A stretch of DNA of 64,000 nt from Bacteroidota bacterium (GCA_016192035.1 JACPUW010000037.1:18740-82739), one strand, 5' to 3'; positions 10,301 to 19,699 are shown, counted from the first letter of the stretch. The notes: generated by a model not told the origin, from the letters alone. Translations and numbers: made by a program.

Positions 10301-13300
10301 AATTTGGTGCAAATGACCGCGATTGACAATAACGGCAACCAATCTTCCTGCCACGCCAACGTAACCGTACTTGACTCACTCAAGCCAGTGGCTATTTGTC
10401 GAAATATCAGTGTTGGACTTGACAGCAATGGCATTGCACAGATTCAAGCTGCCGATATCGATGGGGGTAGTTTTGACAATTGCCAAATCGTTTCCATCAC
10501 CATCGACAAGTCTTCATTTACTTGTGGCGACCTAGGAAATAACTTGGTAAGATTGACAGTAACCGACCAATCGGGCAATTGGAGTGCCTGCGAGGCTTGG
10601 GTAAACGTTTATGATTCCATAGCGCCAAGCTTAGTGTGCCAGAACATCACGGCGCCGCTAGCGGCTAATGGTTATTCTACTATTACAGTGAACGATGTAA
10701 TCGCATCATACAGTGATAATTGTTCTTCAAATTACTTCACTGCATCGATAAGCGACTCTATATTTGATTGCACATCTGGCGGAGTATATAATGTTACGGT
10801 AAAGGTTTGGGATTCAGCAGGCAATGTAGATAGCTGCGTAGCTACTGTAACAGTAGTGGACAAACCAATCGCCGAGTGCAAAAACGCCACCATTTACCTA
10901 TCTGAGTCCGGTTCTGCCACCCTACAGGCAAACCAAGTGGACGGCGGTTCCTTTGATGCCTGTGGCATAGATACCATGTGGATTTCCAAATCCATGTTTA
11001 CCTGCGAAAATCTTGGTACAAACTCAGTAATGCTCACTGTTTGCGATGCCGACGGCAACTGCGACAGTTGCTTTGCTTCGGTAACTGTGCTGGACACCAA
11101 CGGTATGGGCACTAGCGCGCAAATACAGGATGTAAGCTGCTTTGGAGGTGCCAACGGCTCCATAGATTTGAGCGTAACGGGTGGAAATACCTTGGGCTGC
11201 CAAGGATTCTCTACCTTCACCCAAGGGGGGTGGAGCACCAGTTGCTCCGGCAATAACCCTGGCTGCTATCGCGATGCCCATTTTGCCAATGCATTCCCCG
11301 TAGGGCTTACCATAGGTTGTTCTACAGGTTTTAGTGCCACATTTACCTCATCTGCCGCCATAAGAAGTTTCTTGCCGGCAGGGGGTTCACCCTCCGTGCT
11401 AAATGCCAATCTTACCGATCCCTCCAGCACAAGCGCGGGTGTATTGGCTGGCCAGTTGGTTGCCGCAACCCTCAACATGACTTTTGATTCCTACGATTCC
11501 AGTTTTGCTTCATCCATGGGCCTACTGGCCAATAATACCATAAATCTACCTTCTTCGCCATTCCATGGAATGAAGGTTAGTGATGTAATTGACCTGGCAA
11601 ACCAGTTTATTGGTGGCTGCCTTTCAGGATTCAGCGCAAGTGATATTAATGTGGTGTTGACGAAGATCAACGAGAATTACAACCATGGCAATAACCAGCA
11701 CCTGAGGGCTCCCTACGCGTACTCTTGGAGCAATGGGGCTCACACAGAAGACTTAATCAATGTGCCAGCCGGCTCTTACACCGTTACCATAAGTGATTGT
11801 GGAAATTGCACTTATGTAGAGACTTTTGTTATTTCTCAACCAAGCCTACTGGAAGTGAGTGTTTCCGGAATAGATCCTACCTGCGCCACAGGCACCGACG
11901 GAAGCGCCAGTGCCTCTGTTACCGGCGGCACCGCCCCATATACCTACCTGTGGTCAAACCTCGACACATCAGCCTCTATTGTCGGACTGGCTGACGGTAC
12001 TTTCTCTGTAATGGTAACCGATGCCAATGGCTGTCAGGCAACTGGATCGGTTAGTATAGCACGGCCAGTATGTTGCAATGTGACTTCGGGTGGCAGCATA
12101 ACCGGCAATCAAGAGCACTGCGGCCCATTTGACCCTTCACCCATTGCCAGCAATGCACTACCATCTGGCGGACTTGGCGGCGTGGAATATATATGGATGC
12201 AGAGCAATGTGAATGTGCCCAATACGGTAGGTAACCCCTACTGGAGCCCCATACCGGGCAGCAATGGCCACACGTATGACCCAGGCTACATTTCGCAAAC
12301 TACCTATTATATCAGGTGTTCCAGGTCTATTGGCTGCACGTTCTGGGCGGGTGAGTCAAATGTTGTTGCTGTGATTGTAAATCCAATACCTGATGTAGCC
12401 ATTGCCTCTATATCCGATGTTTCTTGTGTATCAAACACTTGCCCAGATTTGGCCTACCAACGGTACGCCGATGCAAGTACGGGTTTGGCCGAGTTCAATG
12501 GCCTTTATTTCAGTGCAGAAGGAAGGAGCGGAAACAATGCCATGAGCGGCACTTTTGAATTGGATATCCATAAGATAACCCCTTATACACCAACAGTTTC
12601 ATCCAACTTCGTATGGCCAAACGGCACACAGGTGCCTTTCAGCATTGATTATGATCCAAGCCTGTCTGGAAACGATAGGTTTGTCTTTACCTTAGGTTCA
12701 GGTGCCAGCCAAACGGTACTGAAGTATGATCCACTTACGGTATTCCCAAATAATGTGAATGGGGTTTACCTCTATTCACGGACTGCGCCCAATACCAAAC
12801 TTATGATCACCGATTTGTCCGTAAACGGTAATTCGGTAGGCCAAGATTTTGGATATGCTTATCCTACCACAAGTTCGTTCGAGAATGTGGTTTTCAAGGG
12901 CACCGAATTCCAAAACGCGTTTACCATAACTGGAAATGTAGAATTTGCTTGGTCGGGCACCATACCCCAGAATTCCAACATGAACTTCAACTTCAAATTG
13001 GGCAATATAGACTGCACGGGCGGCAGCACCTGCGATGGGGCTGTTGACATAGATGTAACGAGCGGTACATCACCGTTTAGCTATGCCTGGAGCAATGGTC
13101 AAACATCACAAGATATTGATGACCTGTGTGCCGGTGACTATACCGTAGTGGTTACCGATGCCAAAGGGTGCGTGGCCACTGAAACCTTTACCGTGAACGA
13201 GCCATTGCCACTTACTGCCAGCTATACGGTGCTCCCGGCTACCTGTGCGGACAATAATGATGGTTCGGCTACCATAATACCTAGCGGAGGAAACCAACCT

Positions 13301-16300
13301 TATGGCTATGCATGGTCATCGGGCGCTACATCGGCCACGGCTGACAGCCTACTACCCGGTGTTTATTCTGTAATCATTACAGATTCAAAAGGTTGTCAAA
13401 TTACGGTAAACGTAACCGTAGGGTATGAAGACACACAAGACCCTATTGCCGTTTGCAAGAACATCTCCATATACCTTGATGCCAACGGCCAGGCCGCTAT
13501 TGTGGCTGCCGATGTGGACAATGGGTCTTATGACAATTGCGGAATTGGTAACATTTCCATTGACAAAGAAGATTTTACATGTGCTGACCTAGGTGCCAAT
13601 GCAATAACCCTTACCGTGACCGATGTAAACGGCAATTCTAGCACTTGCACAGCAACGGTTACCGTGGTGGACGATATGGATCCCGTGGTGCTTTGCAAGA
13701 ACATATCCGTGTTGCTGGACTCTAATGGCATGGCGTCCATTACCTATGCCGATATTGACTTTGGCACCACCGACAATTGTTCCATTGCCAGTAGGGTGCT
13801 CTCAAAATACAATTTCACTTGCGCTGACCTTGGCCAGGTTACCATCACTTATGAAGTAATAGACCAAAGCGGCAATTCTGCCATTTGCCAAAGCACGGTA
13901 ACCGTGCTTGACTACATTTCCCCAAGGCTTGTGCATATGCCGGGCAACATTTTAGTGGTGGCCGACAGCAGTGACTGTAGCCCCAGTGCAAACTGGACAC
14001 CTCCTACTGGAACTGACAACTGTTCTGTGGTAGTCACTTCAAGCCACAATCCTGGTGATGACTTCTCATTGGGAACTACTACGGTGACCTATACGGCCAC
14101 AGATGGGTCGGGCAACAGCACCAATGGAACCTTTACGGTAACTGTAACCAAAACCCCGCTTTCTATTACAACCACCTCCCTCAATGTAGATTGCTATGGA
14201 GCGGCTACCGGTTCGGCCAGCGTGCTGGTGAAAGGCGGCTGCCTGCCATACTCATACCAATGGTCCAGTGGCTCCACTAGCTATACAGCAACAGGTTTAA
14301 CCGCTGGTAATCACACCGTAACCGTGACCGATGGAAGCGGCGAAAGCCAAACCATCACCGTCACCATCACCCAGCCTTCTCAATTGTCGGCATCGGTTTC
14401 GGTGACCAATGTGAGCTGTGGCGGTAGTGTAGTGGATACCTGTGTGGTAACGCGTTACAACAGCAGTTCTCATGCTATATGGTTGCCAAACCTGCCAAAC
14501 GGCGTGAGCAACAAGTTCTGGTTTGCCGGCAACGGCGGTAGCTTGGTGCAGTACCCCGACGGCACTGCCCATCTTAGCGGTGAGATATACAATGCCAATG
14601 ATGCCAACAAGCGATTTGCCGTAAGTGTTTGGTTTGCCAACAAGCGCGATTGGGCTCAATGGTCGGCCTTGGGTAGGAGCTATAAGGACGAAGCCAACGT
14701 GGCCGGTTCCAACTATTTGAACTGGTGGTACTATGAAATGGACGTGAACAAATCAAATACCCTAACCGGATTGGCGGATTATTCAGGTGATGTGCTCTAT
14801 TTGGCCCATATGCCTTCCAATTACATGTATGGTTTCCAAGTAGGTACCGCCGCCAATTCCAAAGATTCCGATTACGGCATGAGCGGTTGGTTTACCTATA
14901 CCGGCGCATGGAGCGGACATGGTGACTTCAACTTTGATGGCAGCTGTGGCAATGCGGCCCAGTGTGACGGCGAAGCAAGCGTGACAGCGAGCGGTGGAAC
15001 CGCCCCATATACCTATCAGTGGTCAACAGGGGGAATCAGCACCGTTGAGGGCAACCTATGTGCAGGAACACACAGCGTGGTAGTGACCGATGCCAATGGT
15101 TGTGCCCTAATAAAAGACTTTACCGTAACAGCGCCCGCCGAACTGGTGGTTAGTGTATCGGGCAACGACCCTACCTGCGCTACTGGAACCAATGGTAGCG
15201 CTAGCGCATCCGTAACCGGTGGCACCGCGCCCTATTCTTACTTGTGGTCCACAGGGGGTACTTCTGCCTCCGTTAGCGGATTGTCTGATGGCACTTACTC
15301 TGTAATAGTGACCGATGCAAACGGATGCCAAGCCACGGGCTCGGTTAGCATAGCCAGGCCGGTGTGCTGCAACGTGACTTCTGGTGGCACCATTTCGGGC
15401 AACCAGGAAAACTGTGGCCCATTTGACCCATCGCCCATTGCCAGCAATGCACTGCCATCAGGTGGACTCGGTGGCGTGGAATATATTTGGATGCAAAGCC
15501 ATGTAAACGTGCCCAATACGGTGGGTAACCCCTACTGGAGCCCCATACCGGGCAGCAATGGCCCTACGTATGATCCAGGCTACATTACGCAAACTACTTA
15601 TTACATAAGGTGTTCTAGGTCAGTTGGCTGCACTTTCTGGGCCGGCGAATCAAATGTGGTTGCCTTGACAGTGAACCCAATTCCTGCCGCCAGCGGTATT
15701 GTGGTTCAAAATGTAAGCTGCTTTAGCGGCAATGACGGGTCGGCCAGCGTAAATGTTAGCGGTGGCACATCTCCTTATGCATATGCCTGGAGCAATAGTC
15801 AAACAGCCCAGACTATCAGTGGATTGATAGCAGGCACTTATAATGTGGTGGTTACCGACGCCAAAGGCTGCACGGTTTCTGCCCAAGTACAGATAGATGA
15901 ACCCAGTGAATTAACAGCGTCTTTATTGGCAGTAGATACCGTGTGCTTTGGTGGAAGTGATGGTTCCATTGATTTGACCATAGCGGGCGGAACTGCAACT
16001 TATGCCATAAACTGGACTAAGAATGGCAGCTACTATGCATCATCTGAAGACCTTACGGGCCTATCGGGAGGTACCTATATGGCTGCCATCACGGATGCCA
16101 ATGGTTGTTCCATAAGCCTGTCTCATACCATAATAGAACGTGCCGCCTTTGCCTTATCGGCTACGGTATCTAATGCTGTGTGCTTTGGAAGCAACACTGG
16201 CTCCATTGACTTAGAGGTAACGGGCGGCTCTTCCAGCTCTGCTTCTACCGATTTCTGGAAAGAGACTTTTGAAGACAACAACTTGTGTGCAACAAGCGAC

Positions 16301-19300
16301 AACGGAAGTACTGCGTGGTCAAGGTGGTATGGTTCAGGGAACAACTATGCCCATGTAACCAGCCGTAACGGCGGTAAAGCTTTTGAAATGTCAAATGGCG
16401 ATGCCAAGTGGTATTCCGAGTCCATAGACATTTCCTCTTACAACACGGTGGATGTATCCGTTGAGTTGGGCTCTGTACAGGGCAACCAATTGGAAGCAAG
16501 TGGCCCATACATTGACTGGGTAAAAGTGTACTACAAGCTTGACAACGGCAACTGGACGTACTTCCAAACCAATTACTACACTGCCGGTCAGCTGAGCAGC
16601 TCCAACATACACGCTACACTGAGCGGTATAAGCGGCAGCACCCTCGAAGTGAAAGTTTGGGCTCACAGCACCAGCAGCAATGAATACTACTTTGTGGACA
16701 ATGTAACGGTAACCGGTTATTCTTCAGCCAGTACCTATACCTATCAATGGAGCAATGCCGCTACTGGCCAAGATATTGACCAACTTGTGGCTGGAACATA
16801 CGTAGTTACCGTTACCAATGACCACGGATGCGTGGTTACCGATTCGTTTGAAGTAGGGCAGCCTACCGAACTGGTGATGGTAGCCGACGTGGTGGATGTG
16901 TCTTGTGGTTCAAATGCATCATGTGACGAGGGAATAGCCACACTCAAGATCAAGTTTACGGGCGACGATGGTGCTACTGTGGTAATCAAAGATGAAAATG
17001 GCAATCCCATAGACACTTTTACGAATCTCTCGGCCAATGACATACTCTCGGTAAGCGCATCAGGCATGACCAATGGCATTTTTGGTAACGCTATTCAATT
17101 ATGCCAAACCGAATGTGTGGGCATGGCATATGGAAACAATACCGCTAGCGGCTGCCGACCTGCAGTAAGCGCGTTGTTTAGCTGCGATAACCAGTCAGTG
17201 ACCACTTATTCAACCAAAGACCTATCAAATGTGGTATTGAAATTTGCCGATGGCACCGAATATAAGTTTGACAACCTAAACTGTGGTAAGTCAAAGAATT
17301 TTAGCGGTATTGGCACCAATGACGGAAAGGAAATCGTGGGTGTGTGGATCAAGTCGGGCTGCAATAGCAGCGGGGCAGGTCCAGGTTACGGTGAGTGGGT
17401 AGCCAATCCAAATGGCGTAAACTGTGTGTCCTTAAACACTCTTTGTACTGAAAATCTCATTGGCTCTGCCAGTGGCGATTTTGAGATTGTAGGCTATATT
17501 GATACCTATGGCCGAGAGGCAGACGGCAATGGCCCAACGGTGTACTGTGACGGCGCCATTGACCTGACCATTTCGGGCGGAACCGCTCCTTACGTGGTAA
17601 ACTGGGGCGATGGAGAAACTGGCAACGTACGGGGAGACCTATGTCAAGGCGACTATCTAGTGATGGTAACGGATGCCAATGGATGTGTGAAGTCCATGAC
17701 GGTAACCGTGGGCCAAACCCAATGCTGCAATGTGACCGACGCGGGTACCATAGCGCAATCACAAAACGGATGTGGCCCATTTGACCCGGCAATCCTATCG
17801 AATGCGGTAGGTGCATCAGGTGGTGACGGCACCTTAGAATACAAATGGTTGTACAGCACTTCAAGCAGCAGCTACTCGCACAATGACAGTTCTTGGATAG
17901 AATTGGTAGGTGCAACTGCCGAAAGCTATGACCCGGCTACAATAGGTCAAACTACCTATCTGGTACGTCTGGCCAAAAGGGGTAATTGTACGGCATGGTT
18001 GGCTTCTAATATTGTAGCACTCACGGTTAATCCAGTACCTAGCGTGCAGATTGTGATGGTGCAAGCTCCTACTTGTGCAGGCCAATTGGCCAGCTTGCAG
18101 GGTAGCATTAGCGGAAGCTATTCCAGCTATGAGTGGTTTTTCAACGGCCAACCATTAAACCATACCAGCTTGGATTTGGTGGGCGCACCTCAAGGCATTT
18201 ATGTGCTGGTAGCCTATGGCAACCTAGGTGGATGTACCAATGGCGACACACTGACAGTGGTTACCCCATCTGGGCCACAACTCACTGCCCAGATTACCAA
18301 TTCACAAGCCCAGGCAACATCAGCGTCCTGCGATTGCAATGGCAGGATGCGGAATTTCACCGTGATATATTCTGGTACATCAGGAGTGACCATCAAAGCA
18401 TATAATGCTAAGAAAAACACGGTAGTGGCCACGTTTACCAATGTACAGGACGGCGATACCCTTACGGTGAACGGTTTTGACAAGAGCAACAGGCTTGAGT
18501 CGAAAACCTTCCTGCGCATTGGCAGCAGCGCTACTTACACGGAGATACATACCTCATGCTCCATAGACATTCTCAACAAGACCTACGGTAGCTACTATGT
18601 AATATCCTACACCGATGGTGACGGCAACTACTGCAACGGTGGCGCAGGTTATGCTGCCTGTGATGTGAACTTTAACGGTCTGGCCCACGGTCAGCTAATC
18701 ACCAATCAGTTGGCATCAAATGGTATAAGCCTGTCGGTGAACAGTTATGGCAGCTATGTGGACAAGCTCATTGTGTTTGATACCGATGAGGACAACACTG
18801 CCGATCCTGATTTGGAAGTGAACATAGGGAATGTGTTGATTTTCCCAGAAAACACGGTTGACCAGAACAATGACGGTATATATGATAGCCCAGATGACCA
18901 ACCGGTAGGCGGCGAAATCACCATGGTGTTTGATGAGCTTAGGATCGTGAAGTCGTTCAAGTTTGTTGACAGCGAAAACAACCAGGGCCGGGCATATTGC
19001 TATGACGTGAATAACAACCTTCTTTCTACCACCACGATTGCTGCTACCGGCGATGGAACGGTGCAAACCGTGAATGTCAATACGAGTGGTGTAAAGAAGC
19101 TGAAAATCACCTTTACCACTTCAGGCGGCGTGGGCGACTTCAAGTTTGATTGCCCAAGCTCTGGCAACTGTGACGGGGAAATTGACCTTAGCATTGCCGG
19201 TGGCCAAGCGCCATACAGCGTTTCATGGTCCACCGGGGCCAGTGTTGAAGACTTGGATGGGGTATGCCCAGGCAACTACACGGTTACCGTAACCGATGCA

Positions 19301-19699
19301 AATGGCTGCACCAGCATAGAAACCTTTACCGTAGGCACCAGGACTACCTCAGCCCACAGCCAGAAAGCCGATAAGGAATACGATGTGGATGCCAGCGAAG
19401 AACAGGAATTTGGCAAGGTGGAGGGAGCAGGTATGGTTAGCTCATACGGGCTATACCCCAACCCCGCTACGCAAGTGGCCGTGGTGAGCTACGAACTCGT
19501 AAGCTCCATGGAAGTCAAGGTTTATATGACAGACCTTTCGGGTAGGTTGGTAACTACCATTTATGCCGGTGCCGTGGCAGGCGCGCAGGCCAACGCCCAC
19601 TCCATAGATCTAAGCCAAGTAATGGCTGGAACCTATCTGGTAATTATAGAAGGCACAAACGGGGACCGAAACATACAGCGCCTGGTAGTAGCCAAGTAG
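7355..19699 (+). CDS. Giant (4114 aa) cell-surface adhesin-like protein: Ig/cadherin-like, HYR-like and SprB-type repeats, T9SS type A C-terminal sorting domain
   Basis: Uninterrupted 12,345-nt ORF with an N-terminal hydrophobic signal-like segment (LAKLFLALVLVLGMG). It has Ig-like segments with DPDGDPLTY-type motifs. There are about ten ~80-aa HYR-like repeats (P[VI]AxCKNIxVxLDxxG...DGGSFDNC...LTVTDxxGN). There are more than 20 SprB-type repeats (CxGxxDGSxxxxVxGGTxPYxYxWSxG...VTVTDANGC). The C-terminal tail (YGLYPNPAT...GTYLVIIEGTNGDRNIQRLVVAK) has the T9SS type A pattern. Confidence 0.95.
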   Translation: MYPSAKPVVMYTRFTLTETSKFRPLAKLFLALVLVLGMGSFSKLEATHYRYGSMSWQPTSGNTVQMKITQGWRRSFFGNPVVGATVNTGTLYFGDGSWSAINLTVTSVNTVDDWFFGEFTVNHTYATSGNYTAYYQSCCRISTLKNNRDGNFRSETIVTVGTGNSSPVTTIAPIINLQTNLSAASFFLPANDPDGDPLTYRLATASEAAGGSFSNPSGISINASTGEVTFNTIGTTVGDLYNVALVVEDGNTKTMADFIIKIVNQSTPPYFDYSVTPASGYTYQVAPGTPVSFDVLARDNDFGSTVVLSAVGLPIGSTMNPGLPAGPSNPVSSTFSWTPSSSQLGSFVINFTAQDNNGVQTSTSISIQVSLKPVFDVPPTPAAGVHLVFAPGDMIQYTVQASDPDSLDIVTINLVEGKAMNGTHIALYSGASFSPIPTTAANPTSGVFTWQTQASDWGHRHVFFTAEDGYGDKAVHEVSMLLNTNPAFLSSPISSVNIGQTYSYLVVTSDPDTAYGDSLELFGFNLPSWLTFIDYGNGTGLLTGTPSISDVGAYNVNLEVQDIHHHSNVGGIPSQNFTITVNPCAIVLGYTVVDESCLASNGSIHVTANGVNLPAQYSWTGSNGFSASSLSISGVPQGNYQLSITDTFGCTASLTAAVGGIVDTVKPVFAVYDYVEIGLDTAVNYSFSSGELIMSSYDGCPVATTYFPSSVNCDDAGVIDTIMVVQTDVYGNSDSAFVAVKPLDITAPIVNIYHKVVVQLDDDGNAMVFPSTFDSLTWDRCTDVVFTLSQTKFDCTDLPMANVTLTVEDENGNSESDIWTRVIAGNQIYYQKTELNDYYTVTVFIDDCIPPVAICKDIEVQLDQFGKASILPDDVNDGSFDNCNLWYFTLDDSTFTCSDVGNQWVNLHAYDMTGNMACCPVQVTVRDTINPVAVCKDIIVYLDSVGSVVVKGKDLDGGTTGNCDVETFELSDTAFTCGSLGVNLVQMTAIDNNGNQSSCHANVTVLDSLKPVAICRNISVGLDSNGIAQIQAADIDGGSFDNCQIVSITIDKSSFTCGDLGNNLVRLTVTDQSGNWSACEAWVNVYDSIAPSLVCQNITAPLAANGYSTITVNDVIASYSDNCSSNYFTASISDSIFDCTSGGVYNVTVKVWDSAGNVDSCVATVTVVDKPIAECKNATIYLSESGSATLQANQVDGGSFDACGIDTMWISKSMFTCENLGTNSVMLTVCDADGNCDSCFASVTVLDTNGMGTSAQIQDVSCFGGANGSIDLSVTGGNTLGCQGFSTFTQGGWSTSCSGNNPGCYRDAHFANAFPVGLTIGCSTGFSATFTSSAAIRSFLPAGGSPSVLNANLTDPSSTSAGVLAGQLVAATLNMTFDSYDSSFASSMGLLANNTINLPSSPFHGMKVSDVIDLANQFIGGCLSGFSASDINVVLTKINENYNHGNNQHLRAPYAYSWSNGAHTEDLINVPAGSYTVTISDCGNCTYVETFVISQPSLLEVSVSGIDPTCATGTDGSASASVTGGTAPYTYLWSNLDTSASIVGLADGTFSVMVTDANGCQATGSVSIARPVCCNVTSGGSITGNQEHCGPFDPSPIASNALPSGGLGGVEYIWMQSNVNVPNTVGNPYWSPIPGSNGHTYDPGYISQTTYYIRCSRSIGCTFWAGESNVVAVIVNPIPDVAIASISDVSCVSNTCPDLAYQRYADASTGLAEFNGLYFSAEGRSGNNAMSGTFELDIHKITPYTPTVSSNFVWPNGTQVPFSIDYDPSLSGNDRFVFTLGSGASQTVLKYDPLTVFPNNVNGVYLYSRTAPNTKLMITDLSVNGNSVGQDFGYAYPTTSSFENVVFKGTEFQNAFTITGNVEFAWSGTIPQNSNMNFNFKLGNIDCTGGSTCDGAVDIDVTSGTSPFSYAWSNGQTSQDIDDLCAGDYTVVVTDAKGCVATETFTVNEPLPLTASYTVLPATCADNNDGSATIIPSGGNQPYGYAWSSGATSATADSLLPGVYSVIITDSKGCQITVNVTVGYEDTQDPIAVCKNISIYLDANGQAAIVAADVDNGSYDNCGIGNISIDKEDFTCADLGANAITLTVTDVNGNSSTCTATVTVVDDMDPVVLCKNISVLLDSNGMASITYADIDFGTTDNCSIASRVLSKYNFTCADLGQVTITYEVIDQSGNSAICQSTVTVLDYISPRLVHMPGNILVVADSSDCSPSANWTPPTGTDNCSVVVTSSHNPGDDFSLGTTTVTYTATDGSGNSTNGTFTVTVTKTPLSITTTSLNVDCYGAATGSASVLVKGGCLPYSYQWSSGSTSYTATGLTAGNHTVTVTDGSGESQTITVTITQPSQLSASVSVTNVSCGGSVVDTCVVTRYNSSSHAIWLPNLPNGVSNKFWFAGNGGSLVQYPDGTAHLSGEIYNANDANKRFAVSVWFANKRDWAQWSALGRSYKDEANVAGSNYLNWWYYEMDVNKSNTLTGLADYSGDVLYLAHMPSNYMYGFQVGTAANSKDSDYGMSGWFTYTGAWSGHGDFNFDGSCGNAAQCDGEASVTASGGTAPYTYQWSTGGISTVEGNLCAGTHSVVVTDANGCALIKDFTVTAPAELVVSVSGNDPTCATGTNGSASASVTGGTAPYSYLWSTGGTSASVSGLSDGTYSVIVTDANGCQATGSVSIARPVCCNVTSGGTISGNQENCGPFDPSPIASNALPSGGLGGVEYIWMQSHVNVPNTVGNPYWSPIPGSNGPTYDPGYITQTTYYIRCSRSVGCTFWAGESNVVALTVNPIPAASGIVVQNVSCFSGNDGSASVNVSGGTSPYAYAWSNSQTAQTISGLIAGTYNVVVTDAKGCTVSAQVQIDEPSELTASLLAVDTVCFGGSDGSIDLTIAGGTATYAINWTKNGSYYASSEDLTGLSGGTYMAAITDANGCSISLSHTIIERAAFALSATVSNAVCFGSNTGSIDLEVTGGSSSSASTDFWKETFEDNNLCATSDNGSTAWSRWYGSGNNYAHVTSRNGGKAFEMSNGDAKWYSESIDISSYNTVDVSVELGSVQGNQLEASGPYIDWVKVYYKLDNGNWTYFQTNYYTAGQLSSSNIHATLSGISGSTLEVKVWAHSTSSNEYYFVDNVTVTGYSSASTYTYQWSNAATGQDIDQLVAGTYVVTVTNDHGCVVTDSFEVGQPTELVMVADVVDVSCGSNASCDEGIATLKIKFTGDDGATVVIKDENGNPIDTFTNLSANDILSVSASGMTNGIFGNAIQLCQTECVGMAYGNNTASGCRPAVSALFSCDNQSVTTYSTKDLSNVVLKFADGTEYKFDNLNCGKSKNFSGIGTNDGKEIVGVWIKSGCNSSGAGPGYGEWVANPNGVNCVSLNTLCTENLIGSASGDFEIVGYIDTYGREADGNGPTVYCDGAIDLTISGGTAPYVVNWGDGETGNVRGDLCQGDYLVMVTDANGCVKSMTVTVGQTQCCNVTDAGTIAQSQNGCGPFDPAILSNAVGASGGDGTLEYKWLYSTSSSSYSHNDSSWIELVGATAESYDPATIGQTTYLVRLAKRGNCTAWLASNIVALTVNPVPSVQIVMVQAPTCAGQLASLQGSISGSYSSYEWFFNGQPLNHTSLDLVGAPQGIYVLVAYGNLGGCTNGDTLTVVTPSGPQLTAQITNSQAQATSASCDCNGRMRNFTVIYSGTSGVTIKAYNAKKNTVVATFTNVQDGDTLTVNGFDKSNRLESKTFLRIGSSATYTEIHTSCSIDILNKTYGSYYVISYTDGDGNYCNGGAGYAACDVNFNGLAHGQLITNQLASNGISLSVNSYGSYVDKLIVFDTDEDNTADPDLEVNIGNVLIFPENTVDQNNDGIYDSPDDQPVGGEITMVFDELRIVKSFKFVDSENNQGRAYCYDVNNNLLSTTTIAATGDGTVQTVNVNTSGVKKLKITFTTSGGVGDFKFDCPSSGNCDGEIDLSIAGGQAPYSVSWSTGASVEDLDGVCPGNYTVTVTDANGCTSIETFTVGTRTTSAHSQKADKEYDVDASEEQEFGKVEGAGMVSSYGLYPNPATQVAVVSYELVSSMEVKVYMTDLSGRLVTTIYAGAVAGAQANAHSIDLSQVMAGTYLVIIEGTNGDRNIQRLVVAK
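11849..12391 (+). repeat. Intragenic 543-nt module, copy 1 (SprB repeat plus Cys-rich CCNVT module)
   Basis: It encodes LEVSVSGIDPTCATGTDGSASASVTGGTAPYTYLWSN...CCNVTSGGSITGNQEHCGPFDPSPIASNALPSGGLGGVEYIWMQSN...YYIRCSRSIGCTFWAGESNVVAVIVNPIP. It is colinear with 15143-15685. Confidence 0.9.
15143..15685 (+). repeat. Intragenic 543-nt module, copy 2
   Basis: Same length and same frame as 11849-12391. The protein sequence is almost identical, with many synonymous nucleotide differences. A third, diverged copy of the CCNVT module lies at ~17720-18040. Confidence 0.9.

Noticed and set aside
7498-19461. Dozens of 60-150-aa antisense or out-of-frame ORFs inside the giant adhesin gene (e.g. 17457-17915 -, 14297-14659 -, 10894-11253 -)
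   Set aside because: All lie within a continuous 12.3-kb ORF with clear repeat and domain structure. Their translations are low-complexity or Arg/Pro/Ser-rich with no motifs. These are typical shadow ORFs of a GC-balanced repetitive gene.
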